Positions 33,915-46,730 of a DNA stretch of 62,000 bases are shown piece after piece (the first letter of the stretch is position 1; the number at the start of each line of letters is the position of its first letter). This DNA comes from Octopus vulgaris. Lineage: Eukaryota. The stretch is taken from NCBI GenBank assembly GCA_951406725.2, contig OX597824.1, positions 32,260,001 through 32,322,000 on the forward strand, in the 5' to 3' direction. Under the pieces are notes generated by a model. It had not been told where the DNA came from and searched no databases. It saw only the letters and a program-made list of their open reading frames with translations. The position numbers and the translations under genes were made by a program.

Positions 33915-34250
33915 CTAGCAGTATCGCCCGGCGTTGTTCGGATTTGTAAGGGAAATAACTATATAAGCATTTTTAGAGATGTAAAGTATAATAGCCATCT
34001 CAATATGGCTAACCACAAAGGGTGTGTGTGTGTGTTACTGTAGCTTTTTACGTTCTGAGATTTAATAATAAATTTTTAGAGAGTTACTTCCCTTATATAT
34101 GCCAAAAATGCATTAGAAATGGGAAAAATTGATGGTAAATTGTTTTTTAAATCGTAGACTCATCGTAGACGCGCGGTAATACCCAGAAGGGCTCGATATG
34201 AATCATGACTATAAGATACCCGGTTTTGGTTAAACTCTCTTTTATATATC
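33915..34250 (-). mobile_element. Non-autonomous Helitron copy, internally deleted
   Basis: ctagcagtatcgcccggcgttgttcgga is the reverse complement of the family 3' end. Confidence 0.8.
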
Positions 34251-34534
34251 GTAAATTATATCAATTTCAAACACACAAAATCACATATCGAATCTTTTCC
34301 TTTTGAACGGCACATTGTAACATAATTTCTAGGTAACTAAAAGGTTTTAAACTTCGTATACTGGTATACTGCATCTAGGGCAGTCAACTGTGTTGGGAAT
34401 GATATTAAGGACAACTTGAATAGAACTTGGTACCAACAATCGTCTTGTAAACAACTGTTCTTAGACAAAAGACTGACCTTTCATTGACCAGTGTTTACTC
34501 ATCCATTCTTCTGGTGTAGAGGATTTCCCGCTCC

Positions 34535-35408
34535 TTGGTACAGAACAAGTTCTTATTCATTTCAGTCGTAGATGACTGCCCAAGATGCAATTTACCATGT
34601 ACATTGCGCGAAAATACAAACATCTTCCGATGTGGAAGGACTGTTCGCCGTCGAAGGCAAAGGCCAACGCAATGTGGATATTCAATATCCCTATACAGCA
34701 ACACATTTTTGGAGCGGAGTCAGCTACCACCCTGTAAAATCTTGTTATTTGTGAATTACTTCCTTACAGACTGTTGGTCGCACGCATTAGACGTGGAAAA
34801 TTTGAACATTTCGTATCCGACCTCAATTGATTGGCGATCCTTCTGCTCCGAGGTTTGTCAGCATTGGGTAGAGAATTACCAGGACCAAATCGGTGGACCA
34901 GGAGTTGAAGTGGAGATCGATGAAACAGTTACTGTAAGGAGAAAATACAATCGCGGAAGACTCACAAAAACTATCTGGCTTTTCGGTGGGATAGAGCGAA
35001 TAGGCAAAAAAAAAGTTTTGATACCTCTTTCATCTGAGTGTGGTGAAGAGGAAAGGCGAGATGCCGCCACGCTGATCCCCTTAATTACCCGATATATACG
35101 CCAAGGGTCGGTAGTATATAGCGATTCTTGGGCTGCATATAACTCTCTTGGAAATCTCGGGTATACCCACTTCCGCATCAACCACAGTGAAAACATTTGT
35201 GGATCCGACAAACGCGTCGGTGCACACACAGACGATAGAGAGATTGTGGGGGTCAGTGAAGAGATCGGTTGTTCGCCCAGACATTCGTGCCTGTTACTTA
35301 AAACAATACCTCGCGAAGTTCCTTTTTATGGACAGCATTAAACCTGCTGCCAAGAGAATACACGTATTCTTATTGGCAGCAGCAAGTCTTTATCCTGGCC
35401 CGAGATAA
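34535..35408 (+). mobile_element. Merlin (IS1595/ISXO2-like) transposase with one frameshift
   Basis: Zn-finger-like CPRC..C..C; VEIDET, KYNRGR, WLFGGIER, VYSDSWAAY, INHS then +1 frame FVDP..HTQTIERLW. An extra A at about 35195 joins the two ORFs; stop at 35408. Confidence 0.88.
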
Positions 35409-35734
35409 TTTTTTCCTCCAAACGCAACCCATCTCATTTCTTTATCAACACTGTCGATGGACCACTCAAAGAGGTATGTATACATTATCATTTTCGTAAC
35501 ATAATTTCTGTAGTATTTCAAGATGTTTCTGACACGTATTTTGATTCACATGGCGGAGATCCAACATTTCTTCACTTTTTCCAGAATTTCTTCTCTTTAT
35601 TTTTTTTTTTTTGCGAAATATGTACAAAAATACGGAGTTTATGATTCATGTGTGAGTGTGTGTTCTTGATACTCGTTTAGAACAAGTAGTTTTACACCAA
35701 TTACACTATTTTTTCTTAGTTTAAAGGTCGTGGA

Positions 35735-36140
35735 CTGAAGATGGGAAATTTCCGAAGCCTCTCTCCCACCCCCTTTCGCGAGCGCGCATTTTTTTTTATC
35801 ATATTCGTTTAGAGCGAGTTGTTTTACACCTATTACGCTGTTTTTGTTTTTGTTTTTGTGCCCGGTTCAGACGCTTTCGGAAATTCCCGATATAAATATT
35901 CCGAGGCCTCTCCCCCACCCCTCTTTCGCGAGTGCGCATTTTTTTGTCATATTCGTTTAGAGCAAGTTGTTTTACACATATTACACTATTTCTTTTTTGT
36001 TTTGGTGCCCGGGTCAGCCCCTCAGACGCTTTCGGAAATACCCGATGTGAATTTTCCGAGGCCTCTCCCCCCCCCCCTTTCGCGTGCGGGCATTTTTTTT
36101 TCATATTCGTTCATAGGAAGTTGTTTTACACCTATTACAC
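35735..36140. repeat. ~150-bp tandem repeat x3 downstream of the Merlin ORF
   Basis: ccga(a/g)gcctctc at about 35752, 35902 and 36056, each followed by ctttcgcg..catattcgtt..gttgttttacac. Confidence 0.85.
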
Positions 36141-36184
36141 ACATTTTTTTTTTATTTTCTGAAAGGCGTAACGCTTTATATTAA

Positions 36185-36246
36185 CCATATATATATATAT
36201 ATATATATACCGCGAGTCCACTGCCCTAACTACTAGGCTATTGCGC

Positions 36247-36333
<87 letters not shown>

Positions 36334-36584
36334 TGATGTTTCGTTTGTCGTAGCACACGTTTCCGTCGATTTCCTCCGTCGATTTCCGTAAAAAATGTAA
36401 ACACTGAATCGGCCATACATACATACATACATACATACATACATACATACACACATACATACATACACACATACATACACACACATACATACACACACAT
36501 ACATACATAGATACATACACACACACACATACATGCAGACATACATATACACATACACCGAGTAAAAAATTACACTGAATCGGC

Positions 36585-36618
<34 letters not shown>

Positions 36619-36880
36619 TACTTACACACACACACACACACACACACATACATACACACACACATACATAGATACATACACACACACACATACATATACA
36701 CATACACCGAGTAAAAATTTCAGTTATCTCTCTCTTTCACACATTACTTTCTCTGTCTCTTCGCACGCACTAACAGAAGCACTTCACTTACACAGCATAC
36801 TGTCTGTCTCCCACACCCCATCAAACACACACACGGGGACTTCAAAAAGAAATTCACTCGTCATAAAATTGCTCGTCATA

Positions 36881-36915
<35 letters not shown>

Positions 36916-36953
36916 CCGTGAGTCCGCTGCCCTAACCACTAGGCCATTGCGCT

Positions 36954-36993
<40 letters not shown>
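36185..36993. repeat. Compound (TA)n/(TACA)n/(CA)n microsatellite field with short repeated spacers
   Basis: Visible directly; acactgaatcggcc and ccgagtaaaaa each recur. Confidence 0.9.
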
Positions 36994-36996
<3 letters not shown>

Positions 36997-37506
36997 ATAT
37001 ATATAAAACTGTAGTTGTGTGAGTGTCTGTCCCCTTCGATTTAGATTCCTAACTACTCCCACATTTTGCGGTGCAGTTTAACCAAATTCGGGTATCTTAT
37101 AGTCGTGATTCATATCGAGCCCGTCTGAGTATTAGCGCGCGTCTACGATGAGTCTACGATTTTAAAAATAATTTAACATAATTTTTTATTCCATTTTAAT
37201 GCATAATTTTTCGTGTGTCGATGGCGGCGGAGTTGGCGTCCATGGTCACACCTGCACCCGTTTGCTTCTCCCCCTTCTTCCCTCCCTCGAGAAGCTGTGG
37301 GGAAGGGAGTGTAAGGAAATCAACGTCGTAAAGCGTTGTCAAGGAGACCAGCGTTCTTTTAGAACAACGACTTCATGGCTTGAAGACACCAAAACAGAAA
37401 TGGCTAAGAAAGCCCGAATTGGCATCTATAAGGGAAGTAACTCTCTAAAAATGCTTATATAGTTATTTCCCTTACAAACCCGAGCAACGCCGGGCGATAC
37501 TGCTAG
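36994..37506 (+). mobile_element. Complete non-autonomous Helitron copy carrying the ~210-bp cargo module
   Basis: a|TCtatatatataaaactg 5' end; cccgagcaacgccgggcgatactgCTAG|t 3' end. Confidence 0.88.
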
Positions 37507-37549
37507 TATATATATATATATACATACATATATATATATACATATATAT

Positions 37550-37615
<66 letters not shown>

Positions 37616-37618
<3 letters not shown>

Positions 37619-37876
37619 GCGCAATGGCCTAGTGGTTAGGGCAGCGGACTCGCGGTCGCAGGATCGCGGTTTCGATTCCCAGACCGGGTGTTGTGAGTGT
37701 TTATTGAGCGAAATCACCTAAAAGCTCCACGAGGCTCCGGCAGGGGGTGGTGATCCCCGCTGTACTCTTTCACCACTCTTTCTCGCATAGCCAGCAGGGT
37801 GGCGTCATTTGAAGGCTAAAAAACAATGCGAACGCATTGTGACCAGCGATGTGTAACAACATCTGATGGTGTGGTC
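37616..37876 (+). mobile_element. tRNA-derived SINE (family S4) inserted in (TA)n
   Basis: ggcgcaatggcctagtggttaggg A-box; ggtttcgattccc B-box-like. Confidence 0.75.
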
Positions 37877-37877
37877 T

Positions 37878-37938
<61 letters not shown>

Positions 37939-37974
37939 TGATGGTCTGGTCGTGATATATATATATATAAGATT

Positions 37975-38602
37975 GAGAAATTGACAAGCGAGAGGAAGTA
38001 AGGAGGATGACAGCGAAGAAGCTGGACTACTTATAGTAGGGTTTTGTGATGTTCAGGAAGTGTTGCCGGTATTGTTGTTTATGTTTCGATTTGTGTTTGG
38101 ACTTTAATGTTGAATTATGATGTTTGAAAAAGAGACTCTGTAAAAAGAACGTGTAATCTGTTTAAGAAAAAAAGAACTGTAAGATGTGTTTCTAAAAGGA
38201 AAAGAACATTGTGTAAGAAAGAAAAGAGAAAGACTTTGTTTTGATTGTTTTCCAAATTCTGTAATGTGCATGTCAACTGATTGTTGTCGGACGTTGTATT
38301 TTGCTGAATGCCATTGATTGTTTTTTTAAAACTCTGTGTACGATCTGTTAAATGTATTTGAAACGTATTACCTTTAATTGATGTTGTAAAAATTATATAA
38401 ATTGTTGTTAAATGTAAGAAACTGCCTCCGCTGTCTCTCTTCCTTTGTTGTTGTCTCCGGTCACTAGTTTGCGTTCGCTGTCAATTTCCGCTTTCAGTGG
38501 TGGACCTCCGATCTGACTGAGCGTAGTCGTCGTCGCTCGACTTAGGGTCCTGAGCCGAGTTGAGCGACGGCACGTCGTAACAACTGGTGTCAAAAGTGGG
38601 AT
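37975..38602 (+). mobile_element. 5'-truncated LTR followed by a tRNA-Leu primer-binding site
   Basis: Ends ..cgtaaCA (38582), 2-nt gap, then TGGTGTCAAAAGTGGGAT (38585-602), one mismatch from the complement of the tRNA-Leu(CAA) 3' end, TGGTGTCAGAAGTGGGAT. Confidence 0.72.
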
Positions 38603-38666
38603 ATTTTGATTGCTGCAGTTAATCGGTTGTTTGCCATGGAAGCACACTCTAAGTTGTATAGTATAG

Positions 38667-38837
38667 TATAAAAGATAGGTAAGGCCGGTCTATGGAGTTT
38701 ACCCTGGGTTTCACGTCCATAAAGCGCTTAGCTTTACAGCGTATCATCAGACAGGTTTTGAGGTCTGATGATAAAGCAATGCTTTATGGAAGTGAAACCC
38801 AGGGTAATCCCATAGACCGGCCTTATCTATCTTTATA
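38667..38837. repeat. ~170-bp foldback/MITE-like palindrome
   Basis: Outer arms of ~57 bp (..aggccggtctatgg..accctgggtttcac.tccataaagc) and inner tatcatcagac/gtctgatgata pair. Confidence 0.88.
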
Positions 38838-38845
38838 ATATATAA

Positions 38846-39350
<505 letters not shown>

Positions 39351-39351
39351 A

Positions 39352-39382
<31 letters not shown>

Positions 39383-39400
39383 TGTATGTATGTGCGTATG

Positions 39401-39446
<46 letters not shown>

Positions 39447-39488
39447 CATGCATACATACATACATGCATTATACACACACACACACAC

Positions 39489-39550
<62 letters not shown>

Positions 39551-39554
39551 TATG

Positions 39555-39853
39555 AAGGCGCATTCGGCTCACGATTGTAAGGTCGTGAGTTCAATTCCCG
39601 GCGACGCGTTGTGTCCTTGAGCAAGACATTTTATTTTTCCTGTTGCTCCAGTCCATTCAACTGGCAAAAATGAGTTGTACCTGTATTTCAAAGTGCCGGC
39701 CTTGTCACACTCTGTGTCACGCTGAATCTCCCTGAGAACTACGTTAGGGGTACACGTGTCTGTGGAGTGCTCAACCACTCACACGTTAATTTCACGAACA
39801 AGCTGTTCCGTTGATCGTATCAGCTGGGACCTTCATCGTCATAACCGACGGAG
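39555..39853 (+). mobile_element. tRNA-derived SINE, sister of the 28542-28868 copy
   Basis: Shared body and tail gctgttccgttgatcgtatcagctgggacc. Confidence 0.85.
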
Positions 39854-40186
39854 TGCTCCTACTAGTGCTCCTATGTATCTATATTTATATATATGTGTAC
39901 ATATAAACTAAAAGTGATGAGGTAAAAGTGGTGAATATATGGTTATTTAACCACCTGACATCCTTAGAGTTACGGGTGTTTCGCAACCTTTTTCATGTAG
40001 TATGAATTTCAGTGTGAAAGAAATTAAGCTTTCATGGTTGTATTAAAATGCTCGGTATTAAACAATACAGTTGTATATACACAAACCAATGGAAGCAAAG
40101 AAAGCTAGCTCCTGGGATCACTAGAACATCATGGTTATATTAACGACCAACTCGATGTGTGTATGTATATGTCTGTGTGTATGTGT

Positions 40187-40235
<49 letters not shown>

Positions 40236-41107
40236 TGTTTTACTAGCTCCTTGCTTTGACATTATGCAAGTGTCACTGTTATGCAAGAGATATCCCTTCC
40301 ACGTAATCAAGTGAGGGCTGGCGATGAGAATGATATCTGTCTATACAAACTCTGTGTAACCCATGCGAGTATGGAAAAGCAGATCTTTCGCACCCCCCCC
40401 CACACACATTACATGGCTGATGATATTTCTAACCGAGGCGTTGCAACTGTATCTGATTGTTCAAGTGATTCAATTCGCCTTTACCTTCGGAACGCGGAGT
40501 AGACGAAACGGAGGCGGCTGAAGAAGGGGAATTTTCCTTGTGTCGTATGTCATTTTTCGTTGTTTTCCACGGTTCTGTTTTTATGTTTTCGTTTCTCATT
40601 GTGTTCGACGTTTTTTTTTTTTTGGTGTCCTGTACCTATATATGCATGTATATATACATATAGATGTAGGTACGTACATATATGCATGTATATATGCATA
40701 TGTTTTATTTATTATTTTATTACATATATTTACTAGATTGCTGACATCTATCAATGATTTCGCCCATTGCTTTCGATGTGCAATGTTCTATCATTAATAA
40801 AACAGTCGGCATTTTTGATAATAGTTATATGCTAGTAACACAATAAAGTATATGAGATTGAGCGTGACATAATTCAGACAATGGTTCACAAAAAATGATC
40901 AAATGTATATGGATACAACCGCATTCTGTTATAAGAATATTAATCATCGGATAATATTTGAGCAGTATCTTTGCCCTTCTATCTGTTACTATTTTTCTTG
41001 AGTTTCTTCTACCTGTACTTTGAAATGCAGTTATATACCTTGTTTCAAAAAGTTCTAACAGGTAGTTGAATACTTGTGATCCAATATAATCACTTCTCTA
41101 GTTATTA

Positions 41108-41415
41108 CTAGCAGTATCGCCCGGCGTTGCTCGGGTTTGTAAGGGAAATATCTATATAAGCATTTTAGAGAGTTACTTCCCTTATATAAACCGAGAAAAA
41201 AAATGCATTAAAAATGCGAAAAAATGATGGTAAATTTTTTTATCATCGTAGACTCATCGTAGACGCGCGTTAATACCCAGAAGGGCTCGATATGAATCAC
41301 GACTATAAGATACCCACTTTTGGTTAAACTGCACCGCAAAATGTGGGAGTAGTTAGGAATCTAAATCGGAGGAGACAGACTTTCACACACACAACTTCAG
41401 TTTTATACATAAAGA
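41108..41415 (-). mobile_element. Complete short non-autonomous Helitron copy (no cargo module)
   Basis: Minus strand a|TCtttatgtataaaactgaagttg ... cccgagcaacgccgggcgatactgCTAG|t. Confidence 0.88.
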
Positions 41416-41553
41416 TATGGCAATCCTTCGGTATTGGTAGGCGACGTCATTCACCCATACAGCCTTCCCTCATGACAGAGAGGCAAGGATGAAAAAGAGA
41501 GTGAATAACGTCGTCTCCTCATATTGATGCTCTAGAGGCCAATACCGAAGGAT

Positions 41554-41621
<68 letters not shown>

Positions 41622-41625
41622 CACA

Positions 41626-41846
41626 GAGGAGGGTGTTCTGAAAAGTTCCTGGCTTTAAGTGTACCGCGAAAGGTCTGGCTGGAGGCCCAACCTTCCAAGT
41701 TCTTTTGCAGGGCTTAGAAAAACGGAAGGACAGCTGCAATGAGTGTGTGAATCTGAGAATGAATTATGTTAGGTAACATCATAATTAACTGATCCTCCTG
41801 TATTTTCTCTTATCCAAAGCCAGGAACTTTTCAGCAACCTCTCGTA
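41626..41846. mobile_element. Mariner-derived MITE
   Basis: ctgaaaagttcctggcttt / aaagccaggaacttttcag inverted termini; right end ..ctcg|ta. Confidence 0.8.
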
Positions 41847-42345
41847 GTTCCAATTCCGCCGAGGTCGACTTTGCCTTTCATCCTTTCGGGGTCGATAAAA
41901 ATAAGTTCCAGTTACGCACTGGGGTCGATGTAATCGACTTAATCCGTTTGTCTGTCCTTGTTTGTCCTCTCTGTGTTTAGCCCCTTGCGGGTAGTAAAAA
42001 AAGAAGTATTTCATCTGTCTTTACGTTGAGTTCAAATTCTGCCGAGGTCAACTTTGTCTTTCATCTCTTCGGAGTCGATAAACTAAGTACCAGTTACGCA
42101 CTGGGGTCGATGTAATCGACTTAATCCATTTGTCCTTGTTTGTCCCCTCTGTGTTTAGCCCCTTGTGGGTAGTAAAGAAATAGGTATTTCGTCTGTCTCT
42201 ACGTTCTGAGTTCAAATTCCGCCAAGGTCGACTTTGCCTTTCATTCTTTTAGGGTTGATAAATTAAGGACCAAGTTGCGTACTAGGGTTGATCTAATCGA
42301 CTGGCCCTTCCCCCAAATTTCCGGCCTTGTGCTTAAAGTAGAAAA
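41847..42345 (+). mobile_element. SINE S1 trimer (head missing); last unit has the alternative tail B
   Basis: Junctions near 42006 and 42182; final tail ..aaatttccggccttgtgc..tagaaaag. Confidence 0.8.
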
Positions 42346-43443
42346 GAAGTTTCAAAAAAGTTTATATTGATGCAAACACAACCAACACAACCACAAACAA
42401 CATAAAATTCGCCTATATGTACATGCACAGACACCCGCAGCATAAAAAGCTATTGTCCTTGAAAAAAAAAAGAATGAGAAAAGCATTACGGCACATCGTC
42501 TGCCAACTACAAACACATATGTATGATATTATTTTCTGTGTTGTGACCATGTATTTGGTCTATATTGTGATCCTTTGTGACGCTTTGTGACCATTTTGAA
42601 CCGTTTCTCTTATGGTTGTGAAAATTTTGCCCTTATGGTTTCAATAATGTTTATAAACTGTAATTGTCTTTGTTGTTTCAACTGCTAATTTTTTACTGCA
42701 TATTTTCGTTTCGTTTGCGGTATGACAAACTCACTGCAACGAGACTACTGTAACGAGATCCCGACTGAGATTTGAACCATGGCTCTCAGATTTTCCTAGT
42801 CTAGAATCACGAACTAATGTATCTCCATAAAAGGAAAAGTATCGCCATAAAAACGTTTTAACACTTACGTGAATATGGCTCGGCTAATCGTCTCTGGCTG
42901 ACTCATTATGGTTGAGGCAGCGATCTTCATAAGAAATACGTGTTTTACCCGCCTAACAGTTGGTATAACTATGAATTTTTGAAAATATTTAAATGTAATT
43001 TTTACCATGCTATTTCTTGGAGAACATCCAAAAATAAACATTTTGATACCTCATTTATGAAATTTGGACAAATATTTTAGGAAATATGACCACATGAATG
43101 GTAAACAAATTGGTTGAAGTTTTGGTTAATTTGCCTAAATGATTAAGTTGCTATATTTGAAACTAAGGTGATAATCATCTTAAAATCACACAAATTAATA
43201 GTGACCAGGGTATAGTAGTTGCCTATTTTTGTTTTTTCTGACTCTTGGAGAGAAAACTTCTTTTGGCAATATTTTAGATATGTTTACGTAAAGCCTATTT
43301 TGTTACGTGTAACAAATGGTCGATTTTGCAGTGTTTTCAGACCTAGCTAAATCCAAAATAATTATAAGTCACAAGAACTTGAATTTTGGCACGTTTGTAA
43401 CAGGTACGAACACTAGCGTAGCGGGGTGGAGGCTAACGTTTCT

Positions 43444-43675
43444 TATTTCTTTATTGCCCACAAGGGGCTAAACATAGAGGGGACAAACAAGGACAGACAA
43501 AGGTATTAAGTCGATTACATCGACCCCAGTGCGTAACTGGTACTTAATTTATCGACCCCGAAAGGATGAAAGGCAAAGTCGACCTCGGTGGAATTTGAAC
43601 TCAGAACGTAACGGCAGACGAAATACAACTAAGCATTTCGTCCGGCGTGCTAACGTTTCCGCTATCTCGCCGCCT
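43444..43675 (-). mobile_element. SINE S1 monomer
   Basis: Complete head-body-tail A. Confidence 0.85.
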
Positions 43676-44108
43676 TTAACGACCCACTTAATGTCACTTC
43701 TAACAACTCACACCTCTACGCATATACTACTACTCTTCAATCTTTGACCTGCTATCTCTTGACACTGAGCTTTCATGAGTCATGAAACCGGCTTTTGAAA
43801 ATGTTGTGTGACCACAGAGAGAACAAGTAAGAGTATATCTAGACCTTCTGTTATACAGTTGTCCAACGACCTGCAGTTTTCGGAAGTTACCTTTTACTTT
43901 TGGAAAAGCAATTTGATTTTTCCCAAACTGCTAGCTATTCTTTCTTTTTACAGCCACCATTCACTTTTCTTCATATAAACTACATGGATTAAAGTACTGA
44001 GAAATCAAACTTTAGTACAGTCTCGTCTTCACACGCAACCTACAATATGCATAGCCCAAGAAGACTATATAACTAGCCATCACATTAAACGCCAATGAGT
44101 TTTCTAAA

Positions 44109-44462
44109 TCTATAAAACAGTCCTTGGACGAAAATTGTATGCACATTTTACTTTGACGGTTAATTGCGTGATGAGGATGAGACCCGCGATGGTTAAAATT
44201 CGCAAGCTAGAAAGATGTGGTTGTTATGGCAAAAAGAGTGATTTTTTTATCGATTGAAGGGGGCCCAGAGCCCCTCTAGGTTTGTGCAATTGACTTTTAA
44301 TGCCCAACGGCATGCACTGCAGGCTGTTGTGCTTAATAAACATACATTTTGTTGCGACATTCCGGCTGCTAGGAAACGACGATTTTAATAAAATTTTCGT
44401 TTTTTTTTTTTAATTCTTCATTTTTAAAATGTGGCCCGAGTAGACCGGGTTATAATACTAGT
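44109..44462 (+). mobile_element. Non-autonomous Helitron, second family
   Basis: a|TCtataaaac start; gcccgagtagaccgggt hairpin then aataCTAG|t; core shared (inverted) with 61620-61720. Confidence 0.72.
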
Positions 44463-45520
44463 CAGCTATATTTTTATATCGTTGTGTGAGTAGTTTTATG
44501 GGTGTGGTTTATGTGCAATCTGTGGCAATACTAATTACTGGGTCTTCAGCTATACTTCTATTTCCTTGTGCGACTGGTTTTATGGGTGCGGTTTGTGTAC
44601 AATTTGTGGCAGTGCGAATTACTCTTTCGAGAAAATTACATTTTATTAATGTTTATGGTATATTTCCGAATGACTGCGGCTATGTTAAGGCACCGCCAGT
44701 GAAACCTAGTCTGGTACTTATTCCATCAGTCTCTTGTGTCGAACCGCTAAGTTACGGGGAAGTAAATGCATCAACACCAGTTGTCAAACGGTGGTGCGGG
44801 ACAACACACACACCATATTATATATATATGTATATATATATGTATAATAATAATAAATGCGCCCTTTTAAAGCCTAGCCAGGCTCATGGGCCCGGTTTCC
44901 CGGTTTCCATGGTGTATGTGTTCCCCAGCTGGATGGGACGCCAGTCCATCGCAACGTTACTCATTTTTGCCAGCTGAGTGGACTGGAGCAACGTGAAATG
45001 AAGTGTTTTGCTCAAGAACACAACGCATCGCCCGGTCCAGGAATCGAAACCACAATCTTACGATCATGATGCTGACACCCTAACCACTAAGCCACGCGCC
45101 TCCACATATATATGTATGCATGTATGTATGTATGTATGTATGTATGTATGTATGTATGTATATATGTATGTGCGCACACGTACGTACGCATACACGCACA
45201 CACGCACACACACACACACAGACGCATACACACACACACACGACGGGTTTCAGTTTCTATCGACCAAATCTACTCACAAAGCTTTGGTCAACTCGAAGCT
45301 ATGGTGAAAGACACTTGCCCAAGGTGTAACGCAGTGAGACTGATTCCAGAACCATGTTGTTGGGAAGAAAACTTCTAAGCTCACAGTCACGCCTGCGTCT
45401 CACCAGTTCAGTTAAATGTCGTCTAAGTGGAATTGACGAAGCTTTAAGTTAATACTATGCAGAATAGACACAATAATAAGAAAATTATATACCCTACAAA
45501 AGTCTCCAGAACAACTGTCT

Positions 45521-45715
45521 AGGAGTGGCTGTGTGGTAAGTTGATTGCTTACCAACCACATGGTTCCGGGTTCAGTCCTACTGCGTGACACCATGGTCAA
45601 GTATCTTCTACTATAGCCACGGGCCGACCAGAGCCTTGTGAGTGGATTTGGTAGACGGAAACTGGAAGAAGCCCGCTGTAATATATATATATCTATATAT
45701 ATATATATATATATG

Positions 45716-45755
<40 letters not shown>

Positions 45756-45920
45756 TTGTCTCACCAACATTGCTTGACAACCGATGCTGGTGTGTTTACG
45801 TTAGAACAAGTACTAGGCTTACAAAGAATAAGTCCTGGGGTCGATTTGTTCGACTAAAGGCGGTGCTCCAGCATGGCCACAGTCAAATGACTGAAACAAG
45901 TAAAAAAAAAAAAAAAAGAA
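45521..45920 (+). mobile_element. Composite SINE S2 with internal (TA)n(TG)n
   Basis: Same head/body/tail as the 38846 and 50003 copies. Confidence 0.85.
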
Positions 45921-46429
45921 GAGTAAAGCCGTTTCAGTGCAGTTGCTTCTCTCTCTGCTTTCTTTTGTTTTTAATCGGGGAATTAACTCGAAGTGATGCC
46001 ATGTAGACAATTTGTTGTAAGTTATCAAATTTGATCGAATTCATTGAAACAGGCTTTCAAGGTTCCATGAGATTTAAACGTTTACTGATCGTTAGTAACG
46101 ATTTCATTTATTGAAAAAATACATTATTTACTTTGTTGACATACTTCGGTTTTTACTCAACACAATATTTATATAAACGGTTCGATTATGTTTTGACCAT
46201 CATTCATTCTGTGTAATAAAGCCCTACTTCTTGTCACTTCCAACAACTCCCCTCTACATATATTCTTTTCTACTCTAGGCACAAAACCCGAAATTTTTGT
46301 GGAGGGGTCAGTCGATTAGATCGATCCCAGTACGGAACTGGTACTTAATTTATCGACCTCGAAAGGATGAAAGGCAAAGTCGACCTCCCACAACGCATAT
46401 ATTACCGCTCTTCAAGCTCTCAGTGAAGA

Positions 46430-46730
46430 TGCATGCTCAGTGGTCAGAGAATCGGGCTTACAATCATGTGGTTGTAAGTTCGATTCCCGGACCGGGCTGT
46501 GTGTTGTGTTCTTGAGCAAGGTACTTTATTTCACGTTGCTCCAGTTCACTCAACTGTAGAAATGAGTTGCGATGTCACTGGTGCTTTGGATAATATTAAT
46601 GGCGTGGAGATAGGATACTGGCATGAATGGGCGACTGCTGGTCTTCCACAAACAAGCTTCCCCGGACTCGGAGGGGAACTTTCTAGGTGCAATCCCATGG
46701 TCATTCGTGACCGAAGCGGAGTCTTTACCC
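46430..46730 (+). mobile_element. tRNA-derived SINE S3
   Basis: gctcagtggtcagag..gttcgattcccggaccgggc; shared body. Confidence 0.8.

Noticed and set aside
40505-40545. Hammerhead-like CTGAAGA + stem
   Set aside because: No GAAA box after the stem; incomplete.
42735-42810. tRNA-like sequence on the minus strand (GGTTCAAATC)
   Set aside because: No D-arm/A-box or acceptor stem; at most a decayed SINE head.
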